Origin: Lingula anatina
Lineage: Eukaryota; Animalia; Brachiopoda
Direction: 5' to 3'
Length of the DNA: 64,000 bases
Assembly (NCBI GenBank): GCA_051362555.1
Contig: CM120641.1
Coordinates: 32,618,401-32,682,400, forward strand
Shown here: piece after piece, positions 1 to 12,182 of the stretch
Layout: each line of letters opens with the position of its first letter
Numbering within the stretch: the first letter of the stretch is position 1
The notes under the pieces: generated by a model
What the model saw: the letters and a program-made list of their open reading frames with translations, nothing else
The model's database searches: none
Told to the model about the DNA's origin: nothing
Translations under genes and position numbers: made by a program

Positions 1-1348
1 TCATAACATTGATGAATTGCATCAACTTCTGATCTTTGGGTGTACATAAAATATGATATGCTTTCAAGCCGTTCTAGATCTCAAACGGACAGGTAATTTT
101 AAATAGTAACATCTTCCTTTTTATACATAATATGTTTGGATACATGCTTCAGAATGTCATGTTTATGACAATCCAATAGTGACCATCACAAACATAAGAT
201 TCGGCTTTATCTGCATATAACGGCCAGCGTAATCTGCCAAAGCTGCAAAATATCCGAAATTTAAGTACTTCCCAATTTTACACATTTTCTATATACATCT
301 TTTTCTAACGTCTCTAATAAACTTAATAAGTGCTTACGGCCTTAATCAACATTGTAGCTTTGGTGCAAAACTAATCAGGCTGACTATATATAACATATAG
401 AATCTATCTACCACAAAAATAGCACAATAATGTGTAGAAAGCAAACCGCCGGGAGAGTGGAATAAGTGTATACAGTAATTAGATATAGACGTTAACACTG
501 TATTGATGTAATGTGAACTAGCCTGCAGTCACCCAGTAGTCCCACGTGTCACGAAAAACTTGTTAAATATCATGATTGTAAGTGTTGGTCCATCACCCTG
601 AATTTCAGCGACTATTTTGTACTTCGAAGCACCCCCAAACCACCATTACCCATAGTTGTAGAGAGCGAACAAGGACGCCATTCAAAGAAGTTCTCAGTAG
701 ACTCTGTTATTCAGGGTGTGGTTCATTTGCCATAGAATTATTGCTTGCTCTTATGAATTCCAAACATAGAATTGATCTACTTTCTGTGAAGGAAACTCTG
801 AGGCTTTCCTTCTGGTAATCTATACAGCGTAGGTTGACTTAAAGTAGGCGGGATTATACACCGCGCAGTATTGAAAAGCAATTTAATAATGATCCCGATT
901 GTTTCGATATATTTTTTATATAATAACGCAACAAAAAGCCGTGGGTCTGACTAAAAAACATTTACCCCGGTCCTATTGTAATCAGAGGACTCGCGCTAAT
1001 GCATACTCCCACGAAGGTATACTATTTAAAATATGACTTATTGTCCCTCAGATCAGTAAGGCGGCTGGTAATCTTGGGAAGTCTATAGCTGTCAGAATTC
1101 ACAGGTATGTGGCAGTAGGTACATCCAGTCTTATGCATGCATGATTCGAATAACCTGTTTACACAAATAGGCGTTCTCGTGTTGCTCAGGGAAGAAAACG
1201 GGTGCACCAAGTCTAACGATCAATAAGTAGAGTGGGCACATATTGCGCTGCTCCTCTAAGGGGTCATCTCCTTATTCCTTCTTGTTATGAGGTTCTGTGT
1301 CTGAAATAAACAGACTTGAAATAAATTACAAAGAATCTAGGAAAGGGG

Positions 1349-1782
1349 TTATTACCTCTGTCAAGGAGGTTATATATTTGGTCCCGTTTGTCTATCCGTT
1401 TGTCTGTTTTTCTGTCCATTCGTCTGTCCCTTTGTCTGTTTTCCTGTCCGTTTGTCTGTTTTCCTTTCTGTTCGTCTGTCAGCCAGTTTGTCCGTCCGTT
1501 TGTTTGTGTGTCAGTTTCTCTGTTCGCATGTCCGTTTGTCTTTCAGTTTGTCTGTCTGTCCGTTAGCAACATTATGCAAATGTTCATGTAGTAAACGGAT
1601 TTTGATAAAATTTTCAGAAACTGTCAAGTAAGAAACGATTAAATTTTGGTGAATAAAAAAAAATAATCAATCAATTTTGTAACTAAAAAAGGGAATTGAA
1701 CTTATCGGTTAGTTAATTAATAAATAACTGAAAAAGATAATGATTGACCTGCCTTGGCGGAGGTCTGAAATTGACGAGAGTG
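1349..1782 (+). mobile_element. Helentron-associated (HINE/DINE-1-like) non-autonomous element with an internal (TCTG/TCCG)n tract
   Basis: 5' TTATTACCTCTGTCAAGGAGGT, a GTCT/GTCC microsatellite at 1380-1563, the core GATTTTGATAAAATTTTCAG, and the 3' subterminal inverted repeat CCTTGGCGGAGGT at 1752-1764. Confidence 0.7.
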
Positions 1783-1857
1783 AACATAACGCTATCTTTA
1801 CATCCTGTATCAATCATGTATCCAAACTGATGTAAAACTCGTCATACAAGAACGTTC

Positions 1858-4800
1858 TTATTTAGATTTACTGGGTATTTCTTGCATACGTTTCTTATCT
1901 GTTGTCTTCTTCATTGCATCTTGGTTTGCCTTGTTGCCATTGACTTGTTTACTTTCTTTTTGAGCTTTCACTTTGGTGTCTGATCCCCCTTCCTCCGCTT
2001 CTGGTAGAGGCACCCCCTCTTTATACTCAGAAACCAACGCATCAGTCAGCAGTTCTGCCGGACACGAAAATAAAAGTTTCAGTGAGCGATTATTTAAGCT
2101 CTATAGAACGACTATATCCGTACACGCTGGAAATATATTTATATAATCTTCATATCTTATTCTTTTAAGCATAATTTTCCAATATTTTTCCCATGCTAAT
2201 CTTAGTACTCTTCCCCTCACTCGTTCTATTAAGATATAATAACAAAGACTGTACAAGCACGACCAAAATGTACCCAAATATTTTCATAAATTCAAATAAA
2301 ACTGCCTTACGGCCTTACCCATGACCCTTGCCACGTCATCTTTATGACGTTGTCTAGCTGACTGCGTTTCGGCTTGTAAATATTGCAAAAAGTCGTCAAA
2401 AGACAGCACCGGGTTCTTTTCACCTAAGTAACAAAACAGATAACGCTATCAAATACAGTCTCATGTTGTTCGCGTGGTTTGCTTACAGCTATATGAAAGG
2501 ATTTTAAATGATTATCTGATAAGTTCAAGGAAATGAAAGCATGATGAAAAGAGAATAACAGACGACAAATGCGAGTGACTTCCTCTGTCTCTGAAAGCAG
2601 AGCCATATACTCCTACCAGTTGGGTAAAGAATAGTTCTGTTGGCGCCATTACCTCTCCTTATCTTTCCTGTCAGCCAGTCATAGAGGAGAGCGTTGATGA
2701 TCTGGTCTTCCAGTGCATAATCATTCATCAGTCTCTGCGCAATTTCATTAGGAACCAAGGAAGGAGGGACTTTGCCAATTTTGGTTCCCAGCTGTCCGCC
2801 ATCGTTACCGTCTGTGGAAGTGTCATCAGTGCTGACTTCCTCCTGTTTAATATCTGTGGTTGGCTTGGTCGGTAGAGGCTTGCCGTCTTTCTTATCTTGA
2901 TCTGGCACAGTGGGATACACTTCGGCTAATGCTTGATGCTTTGGTGGTCTCGGAGTTCTGGCTTGGGATCTACCGAACTGCAGACAAATTTCGCAAAATT
3001 AGGTTTGATGCATTTACATAAGTAGGCAAGATCGGACTGCATTAGGCTTAAATTTTTAAAAAATCAATCCTAACAGTTTTATAGTTTTATATGTACTTAC
3101 CGAAGGCCAAAAAGCCAATTTCATGTAATTTTCCTCGTCCTGTAGTGCTTTAACGTATTCCCACGCAACCCGCTCTTTGTACAGTTCAACTTCCTTAGGG
3201 CTCATCTAAAAAAGCAAAAAGCAAAATTCACCACATTGAAGGTTTACTACAATGTTGATTTTTTTACATACAACAGAACATTCCAAAAAATAGCAAAATT
3301 AATTGCACATAGAAAAAAAAACATTTCCATGGGTGCTAGTTTAGTATATTAGAAACTGCAATTGGCGCTCCATGATTACCGACTCAAGTAATCCATGACA
3401 TTTCGGAATTTGGTTTCGGAATTTGGTTCAATTTGTCCAAGGATTCAGATTTGGTCATAAATATCTTGACATGTTATCTGCCTGTTTACGTTATTTTATG
3501 TGTTTCAGGTAGGTCTACATTTATATGCTCACTTTGTTTTATAATTTAATCTTGCCACCCTGATGTTTAAATGTTTTTTAACATTTAAAAATCTGAAAAC
3601 TACATCAATTATGACGAAACGACATATTCACGTTCAACTCAATGTAACCCGAATTTCCATATGTTTATAAATACACATCTATAGCGACCTTAGAAAATGT
3701 AAGTTTTTTTATGTATGTTTATATTCACATTTTCTTTGAAACAGTGGTTTCATTATCATGATAAAATCTTACAATTATAGCAGCAAACGTTTTCTCAAGG
3801 TTCCCAAATGTACACCAAGGTGTTGCGTTTTTTTTTTTTTTTTTTTTTTGCTTTTTGTTTTTTTTAATAGGAAATGTATCAAGGTGAGACACACACGAGA
3901 AGGACATCAATACGATTTTCCACCCGCACACTTGTCCGATTAACAATGCTTGTGCAGCACTCGACAATCGCGGCCTGCGTCACGCTTGAAAGTCTATGCA
4001 GCATCCTGGAGGAAAATGCACACTCATGCCATTTCAATTATGAAGTAGAATCATGCAGGATGAAGATGGCGTTATTGCATTCTTGCCTATAAGTGCGTCA
4101 GTAATGATCTTTAGCTATGAGTAGTATTCCTGTTTTTCATACAGAAACGCCCAGTTCATCTGTTTCAATATCTGCTGGTCTATTGATTTTAAGAATGAAA
4201 CGCCTGATAAAGTACAGTCTAGAACATTTACCTAAGGATTTCAGCGCCATTAAGGATTACACACCAAATTAAGCTGATTCCGCTCTTTGGATAAACGACC
4301 CGATTGATGGAATCTTAACCTTTCGGTCTTATAGAACAGTCAATCAGAGAAGTAATTTCAGCATCTTAATGTGTTTCCTCTTCAAATAGCAAGCTCTTAG
4401 AACAAGTTTCTAACCTAATCGAGGATGGCTGAAACCTGTCAACACAATTCAATAAAAACTTGTGGGTATTCAGAATATGCGTCATTTCCTCTCCTGAACA
4501 GTGTCAATTTTACCTGGAACCTACATGGCAAGAAAACATTCTAACGATATAAACTTAACTAATGACGTACAATAGTACATTTCATTAAGTCAGTTTTGAC
4601 TATATCCAGAAAGGAGCATGCAAAGGGTCCACAGATAAAATAGACCTTCATACATATCCGAAAGAAACTCAAAACCTTCCCTAAAATACACATCTTATGT
4701 ACAATGTTCTTGAATGAACAGACCATGCAAACTTTAAAGAAAATGTATCGAAAATTAAGTTTGAAATTGTAGCCAACAATTAGTCTACATTTTCTCTCAT

Positions 4801-7800
4801 ACTCCGTATTCAACTCTTTGGATAAAGAGCTTTTCCTTTCTATATCTGGCCATAAGTTTTCTTTGACGGTGGAATTATGAAATATTCTTTATTTATGTGT
4901 TAACGCAAATGAAGAAATACACCAAATGTACCGTATTTTATTATACCGCATTTAAAGTGACTATCCTGCTTAAGAAAATCCAATCTTGTAATTTACGATG
5001 TATTTGATATTCACAGTTGGTTGAATAATTCAACGCATAGCCACATAATACTGCTGTAAACAATACTTCGTCTATGTTAACTTTGAAGGCATTCAGATCT
5101 GCAAATATGGCTGACCAACATTAAAGCAAAACCGACTAATCCGCTGATGGTCTCCCCGCCTCCACACGTGCCGTCCTTGCAGGGGTCTAGCAATTAAACT
5201 TCGGAACCGTGATTCAATCCGTTTAATGGTGGGTACGGAGGCGGGGAGACGATCAGCGGATTAGTCAGCTGTTCTTTTATGTCGGATTGGGTACGTTCAG
5301 TCTACGGATCAGTAAGTCCGCGGATCATCTGTTCTAAATACACTCTCTGAGTATTGGATATCTGCGGGTATCACCGTCATTGCTTAATTATATTTAAGTT
5401 TATCGACAAAAATTTGAGCAAAAATTCCTACTAAAGTAAATTCCAATAATATTTAACAATGCATGAAAACTTTCCTCTGAGCTTCAGGCCTGTTTCGTGA
5501 CAGTTTCTTCATTTTCATATGTCAAATGAGGTAAGCGGGTATATATAAAAATGAGAATAAGAAAACTGATCCGCGTCCTCTCTAAATATAATCTGGACAA
5601 TTTATGTTATTGTACTTGCTCCCATGGTTTCTGACGTCATATAGGCCTACTTACTAATATTTCGTCTAATTTTTATATACAGGCTCTTATTCACAGCCAG
5701 CTAGAAAAAGGGTAAACAAACAGCGTGTTTCGAATCAATGATAGCAATGCTAGATTCTCTCAGGTAAGAAATGAAAAAATAAAATGTCACTCAGCGAGTT
5801 TGTGCATTTTGGACATTTATAATTCCCATTTTATCAAGCTTACCACGGAAGCATTCTGAAGATCCTCCAAAGCTGCAAAGAACCCTTCGAAGTCCTGTGT
5901 GCCCAGAAGAAATTCTGCGACAGCTCGTGGACTAAAATCAACGTACGTGGACGGAGAAAGCTGAAGTAAAATTAAAAAGATAAAAATGTTCAAATGAATT
6001 AAAAGTATATTTAGGATTGAACAACCCTACAAAATACTTTTCAGCACAGTAAGGATAGAATAGGACGTTATGCATGAATTATCTACCTGGCGACGCAATA
6101 GTCAGGCCAATAGCCCTGCCCTAAATTGAAAGACACCATAAGCATACAATTACATTAATATCACCATTAATCAAACCATATGTTATCTATCAACACTTTG
6201 CACAGTTTTTAAAAAATATATAGATCTTCGGAAAGCGTATCCGATTGCTTGACTATAACCAGATGATGTATCTGTGCCGTTCTATTTACTTTTTTAGTAG
6301 CAGTTCTCTAGTGATCCTATACCAATGCAAAACCAATAACTCTATGAACTCGTATTACAGCTGATGTACTTATTAGAAAAGCATGCTGTGTCTGATATGG
6401 TGTCTAGGGAGTGATAAGCCTATTTTTGTTCACTGTATTGTGTGATGAAGAGGAGATTTACTGAGTGCATATTGGTATAGTCAAATGCTGAAACAAACCT
6501 GATAAGTCTCCAGTATATCTTTGCTTTTGCCCTTGGATTTAACTTTCTTTGTCTTGTCCACTGGATCTGAAACATACCAATAACACAACATAATGCTCTT
6601 TGTATATTTGATGTACATGTCGTCAAGACAAAAAGAATAATGATGATGATAATGCGGTAACCTGTCTTACATCCTGTACGTATCTGAAGCGGCATCCGGT
6701 ATTGAGCGCTAAAGTTCTGTGCTCTCGGAGCCGTTGTCCTATAATTAGTCGTCACAAACAATAAGTGTTAGTGTCCGATACCTAAAAGGACAGACATTGA
6801 GGGCTTAATTCCTCCATGAAAAAGAAGAATATATCTCCTTTGATATTATTGAGAAACAATTTATAGTATGTAAATAGGTTTAGTGTCAAAAAGCTATTAA
6901 TGAAGCGATCACCTAAGAAACTCATATATACACATCTTAAAGATTTTTTTTCTTACTCTTCCCTTCATCAAAGTGGATGGTTAATCACATTTTATCGCGT
7001 AAAAGGCAAAAGTAGAGCGGGAGCGTTCACTTCGTTATTTTAAATGGATTCAATGTTTCTTTGGGAAATAAGATTACATAGCTATCTTCAAAAACGTGAA
7101 AAAATCCAATTCAACAGAAATTCCACGTACGGTTCTTTACCTATATGTGCTTAGATTTGCACCCGTGATACATATTCATTTGGGATAATCCCTTATGTAT
7201 ACATATAACCTCAAGGGATAGCAATATTCGATAAAAAAAGCTCTGTGATACACCTACGCATAGGCCTATTGATATACAGAATATATGTGTATCTGTTTCC
7301 TCACGCAAGATTTATGTTTGTTTTGAGTATGTTTGTTCCAAAAAACAAACTGGTAATTATCGGTTTAAAAACGGTATCTTTGAGAGGGCTTCTAGGCTTT
7401 TACGTGCAAATCTACGATCACAGGAATTCTCAGTAACACACAAAACACTGATTTCATTGTCCATAACATCTGTGCCAATGAAAAAAACATCGAAAAAGAG
7501 TGGCAGCATAAATCTTTTGCATATCAACAACAAAACGGACCATTCATTTCAATAATTTGCTTGGACATTGAACTAAAAAAAATATTCCCTTTTTTTCGAA
7601 TTTGTCGTGAAGTAGAAAATTCATCATTTAAATAAACATTTTTATATTTCAAGAGACAGGGATGAAAGTTAGGTAAAATGCGTATTTGAAAGAACAAATC
7701 ATTTCCTTAAACTTGGAACCAACAAGTTGGCAGTAATTAAAAAAGAGCCCACGTTGGTGATAATGGACATATTCTTTTCTAATAAAGCTAATGTAATATA

Positions 7801-8452
7801 TCTTCATTTCTCAGTCCATACATTTCACTGCTAGAACAAATAAGTTCACTTGTTTGCTATCATTACATAGCGAAAAAATAACAAATTTTCCGAGTATGCC
7901 ATGTCTATCATTATGCAGGAGAGCCGAACAAATACTATTTTAGACAACGCTAGATTGATTTTGAACAATTAGAAATGTGATTTAAAATTCAGGTCAGGTT
8001 GAGCAATGTCCGGTAAGTCCAGCTCAAAGGGAAAACGCCGTCGTTACTTACCAGCCTGGTGAGTTAGCTTAGCTTTAGGAAGCTTTTTTAATTCAGTTTC
8101 CTCCAAACTTCCAGACTGGAACGAAAACAAGATTAAAGTGAAAAAACACAGTAATTCAATTCGGGAACCTTTGAAATAATTTTGTTTGACGTTTACGCCT
8201 CTCATCTTCACATATGAAAAGGCTTACTTTGAATACATATAGATTTTCAGCTTTCCAAAAGCCAAATTGAGCAACAACGGACTAATGCATTTTACAAAAT
8301 ATTTATATATATATACAATATGTGTCAAAGTTATAAAATTGACGAGTGTGTCAAAAAAAAAAAAGAAGAGAAGACTGAACACCGAATCCACTGAATTGAT
8401 TGGCTTACCGGCAGAGGCGGGTTTCTGTTGTGTTGTTCAGAGACAAATTTGT
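1858..8452 (-). CDS. Unannotated multi-exon protein, ~353 aa recovered, granin/secretogranin-III-like; first (signal-peptide) exon not identified
   Basis: Phase-compatible GT-AG exons on the minus strand: 8452-8409, 8115-8052, 6738-6671 (least certain), 5960-5844, 3205-3101, 2977-2617, 2423-2319, 2054-1858 (TAA). Spliced ORF: DKFVSEQHNRNPPLP-SGSLEETELKK...-LSPSTYVDFSPRAVAEFLLGTQDFEGFFAALEDLQNASV-MSPKEVELYKERVAWEYVKALQDEENYMKLAFWPS-FGRSQ...LMNDYALEDQIINALLYDWLTG...-GEKNPVLSFDDFLQYLQAE...VM-ELLTDAL...PSKSK*. The gene itself is well supported; the family call is inference. Confidence 0.8.
5090..5335. mobile_element. Palindromic MITE family A, copy 1 (left end eroded)
   Basis: Inverted arms GACTAATCCGCTGATGGTCTCCCCGCCTCC / GGAGGCGGGGAGACGATCAGCGGATTAGTC. 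Homologous, in opposite orientation, to 62635-62915. Confidence 0.75.
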
Positions 8453-9054
8453 CTGAAAAAGGAGACAAACACATATACAATGATACCCTATAATGCCATT
8501 AGTGATTGATGGAAGCATTTCGTGCCATGTAGAGACACAAAGTAATGTGGTGCCAGAAAAGCACATTTTGTGATTGTTCTACGTAAATTATGAAGCTAAT
8601 GTTTCCCAGCCTCCACTTTTACTGCTTATAAATCCCCTTCGTGAATAGGAAGAAAAATGGCCAGAAACCAACAGCAAAAGTCAAACATTGAGCAAATAGT
8701 TGATGAGAAACCCTTATGATTTCTTTTTTTGCTTGATGAAATATGCTTTTTTCTCTTTGTTGGTTTCTCTTGTTTTTAAAATGGCAAATCTCCCCTATTT
8801 GTTTGGTTTCCTGGAACAGCAATTATTGAAATGGGTCGTTATCTTGTCCCACGAATGTCAGTTTGAATAAGATGTATTGGTGATTGTAACTTTATAAACC
8901 AACGGGAAGCTATGTAGTGGAGGACTAAGATCTGCCGTAAAGGTTTTCAAAATATTTATCAGTATTAATAATAATACAACAAGTGAATATTGGAAAGATC
9001 GAACATAAGAAACACACTAAGATAGTGCGCATATCAAAGGCATATGGTAAAAAC

Positions 9055-9861
9055 GGTATCAGGACAACCCCCCCCCCCCCCCCGGACAATGCCCCTACCC
9101 TTGGACGATGCTCCCCCAAAGGAATACATATTTATATACAAAAATAAATTACAGAGTAAAAAGTTGAAATCTTTTCATCCATTGTATGACTTTTTCTTTG
9201 TGTAATGATGCAACTCAAGGATAGAGGATGTTAATTTCAATAAACAAATTATTTTCATGGTGTACAAGTACAGACATTTCAGAAATAAGAGTACAGAAGA
9301 TTTTATGAAAAATCTAATCAAAGAAAATATCCAGGTGAAGTGAGGTAAACAAATGATCTCACACATCCAGGTAACCCTTTGATGAATTAACTGTTACTTT
9401 TAATTGCTTCATTATTCCCCTTTGATTAAGTAAGCCTGGAATCAAGGTGCATCTCTCGGGAGTGGTGGGGTAAACAGATTTTCTCACTTATACGGGTATC
9501 CCTTTGATTATCTGTCTCTATTAATTGCTTGATTACTATCCACCTACCCACTACCCATCTGTTTAACCCACCTTTACCGGGAGGTGGTTACTGTATACTT
9601 CGACTAATTTTTTAATTATACTTTCTCTACTTGTACTCAATGAAAAAGGAATTTGTTATAAAAGAATATGTTTGATGATGAAGTTGTATTTTCACTCTAA
9701 AACATAAATAAAATGGATGAAATGTTTTGATCTTTATACTCCTTACTTTATATTTCTATATAAATATATATTCCTTTTGGGGGGGGGGTCGTCCGGGGAG
9801 GATTGTCCTGGGTGGGGGGAATTGTCCGGGGGAATTGTCCGGGGGAAGTTGTCCTAGAATC
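9055..9861. mobile_element. MULE-like non-autonomous element with long degenerate TIRs
   Basis: Left end GGTATCAGGACAA-C-rich, right end G-rich-TTGTCCTAGAATC, with subterminal GGACAA/TTGTCC repeats. GGTAAAAAC is repeated at 9046-9054 and 9862-9870, giving a 9-bp TSD (or 7-bp GTAAAAA if the termini are CG). Confidence 0.7.
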
Positions 9862-11340
9862 GGTAAAAACGCATACATGGCAAAACGACTTCCGTATGTT
9901 CAAACAATCTGTTTATGTGTTAGAGTAAAGTAAGACTGACAAGCAAATGGCCAACGGCTGGGACAAAGAATTAAGGAATTAAACAAAACGTTAGTGTTTC
10001 CTAAGTAAGAGAAGACTTTCGCGTGATCGGATCTGTTTTGTTGACGATCGTCTTGACGCCAACTGCGCAACGCTGGATTGGCATTACATTTTCCATACAG
10101 CTCTCTTTTCGCACAATTATTAACCCTCACGGTAAACGTTATTACTATTTGCGACGCCTGGTTTTGTTATTTGCACTACTTGAGATAACCCTAGTGTTTT
10201 AATAAAGCAGCAAGTGTTTCGACAAAGCCTTTGAAAAAAAGGCATCTCAGGGAAAAAGCATGGGGTTCATCCACATGTCAATCGGAAGCCTATTGGCAGG
10301 GAGCGACTTTAAAGATATTGTACATGTTGGCGAATTATGGGTTCAAATTACTTTATGGAAAAAAACAAATACAAAATGTTAACTTCATCTCTCCTACTCA
10401 TTCAAGCTATTTTTTTCTGGATGAGTGCTTCTACACAAAAACAAGCATAGCATTCTCTGGTAATTGCGTGCCGCCATGACTGTTTCTATATCTAGATGTA
10501 TTAAGTCTGTTCACAGCTGATGTTAGACTAAATGTATATATTCAATAAATTCAAAGAGGGTTAAATACGAAAGTCGCACTTTTTTTTAAACAAGCGACTT
10601 GATTAGGTTCTTTGGAAATTATTTATGTAAAATATTCGAATGTAGGCGAAAGAAATAATTCAGTTGGACATTCATGTATGTGGTCATTTGACTGTTTTCA
10701 TATAAACACTTTCCTCTTCAAATTGTATTATCACTATATTGCTGTTGTTAAAATTCTTGTCACTATCTTTTCTTAATATTTAAGAAAAATATTTTCGTCC
10801 AAAGTTTTTGCCTTTCCCAGGCTCATTGGCATTATCTCAGAGACAGCTTGTGGTTCGTAGAAAGCCCTGCCTATATTGATCGCAACGGCAATTTTGCGCC
10901 AAACAGAGACAACACAGAGGGTCGATTTATCAGCATAAACAATTTGATGAATGTTTATATCAGTAGTAGGCTAACTATGTGACCAGATGATTGTCAATCT
11001 GTCAGAGATAATATACCTAATGTTCTGATTGAAAGCGTTCCTGGGTATACCATTACCGGCGCATAACGACTTCATCACTTCTCACACATGAAGGTTAACA
11101 TGGACACTTGGAAAAATAGGAAATCTACGTAGCAAGCTCAGATAAATGTCTTGCTCTGCTATCTTGGCGAAAGAAGCAAACAACACCAAGGATATATATT
11201 TTTTCCTGATTAGTGAAGCAGTTAAAATCGTGTATTAGTCAGGTGTATCATTATTGTATATATGGTAGTTATCTATAACTCTGTTTGGCACTATTGTAAG
11301 CCTCTACATGTATGGCTTAGCTGGTTATCATTCTGTTTAA

Positions 11341-11731
11341 GGAGGCTCTCTCATATTAGCTTGAGTACTCTTTTACGACAGCGACTTATGATTAAAATAT
11401 ATCATGCAATAAAACATGTAATTCATCATTTAATGAAAGCTTTGTTGTTATTTTGATTGAAGCGTTACGAATTTGTCAACAAAACGTTGCGCTTAGCAAA
11501 GTACGCTGGGTGACGCTTGGACTTTAACAACGTAACGTACCCTCTTACGACTTGTTTACAAACTCCGGGACCTTTTATTGGGACGCTATCACTGGCAAAC
11601 AAACTGGATTACACCCCCCCCCCCCCCCCACCTTTTTTTGCATATACTTAACTCATACGGAGAGTAGAGTTTGTCTTGTATTTTTTATCAAAATTGCTAG
11701 GGCGGAAATCGTGAAATATGAAAGAACCTCC
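11341..11731 (+). mobile_element. Kolobok-like (TTAA) MITE, copy 1
   Basis: TTAA|GGAGGCTCTCTCATATT ... AATATGAAAGAACCTCC. Internal sequence (CTTACGACTTGTTTACAAACT) is shared with 29914-30301. Confidence 0.7.
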
Positions 11732-11924
11732 TATATATTACTATTTAGGTAAACGCAATACGCAGGACACCCTGAGCACTGGGCACATATGGCAGTATTC
11801 AGTCCAAGAGAAACAATTTTATTATTGGACTGTCTGAGCATTGAAGAAACCTACGTCCCTGTCCTAAAAAAGTAGGGGTTGCGCAGCTCGCTCTCAATCT
11901 ACGCTGACTTTCGAACAGGAATCT

Positions 11925-12182
11925 TCGACTAAGTTCCCATACATAGAACGATCTCACAAGATCGATCCATCTTCCAGGGGTTTCTTGCTAAATTAGAATC
12001 AGCTTAAGCGGCTTAGATGTCTGGCACGCCTACTGAAGCTAAACGATAATTAATTTCCGCCTAGTAGCTTCAGTAGGCGTGACAGACATCTAAGCCATTT
12101 AAGTTGATTGCAATTTAGCCAGAATCCCCTTGGAGATAGATCGATCCACAGTTAGTACAATAGGTTCTGGGAATGGTCCCTT
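11925..12182. mobile_element. Palindromic MITE family B, copy 1
   Basis: Inverted arms GGCTTAGATGTCTGGCACGCCTACTGAAGCTA / TAGCTTCAGTAGGCGTGACAGACATCTAAGCC with outer GATCGATC repeats. Ends are approximate. Confidence 0.75.

Noticed and set aside
582-818. 78-aa plus-strand ORF and the other short intronic/intergenic ORFs in the track
   Set aside because: They lack recognisable domains, mostly have non-ATG starts, and have no consistent splice context, as expected by chance.
1297-1591. ORFs 1297-1566 and 1388-1591 rich in S, V, C and L
   Set aside because: They are translations of the TCTG/TCCG microsatellite inside a HINE-like element.
6087-6120. 34-nt minus-strand micro-exon candidate in the granin-like gene
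   Set aside because: Its phases are incompatible with the flanking exons.
1858-8452. GRP/bombesin or complexin identity for the first gene, since both are LMAN1 neighbours in vertebrates
   Set aside because: There is no WAxGHxM-G motif and no complexin central helix or CAAX end.
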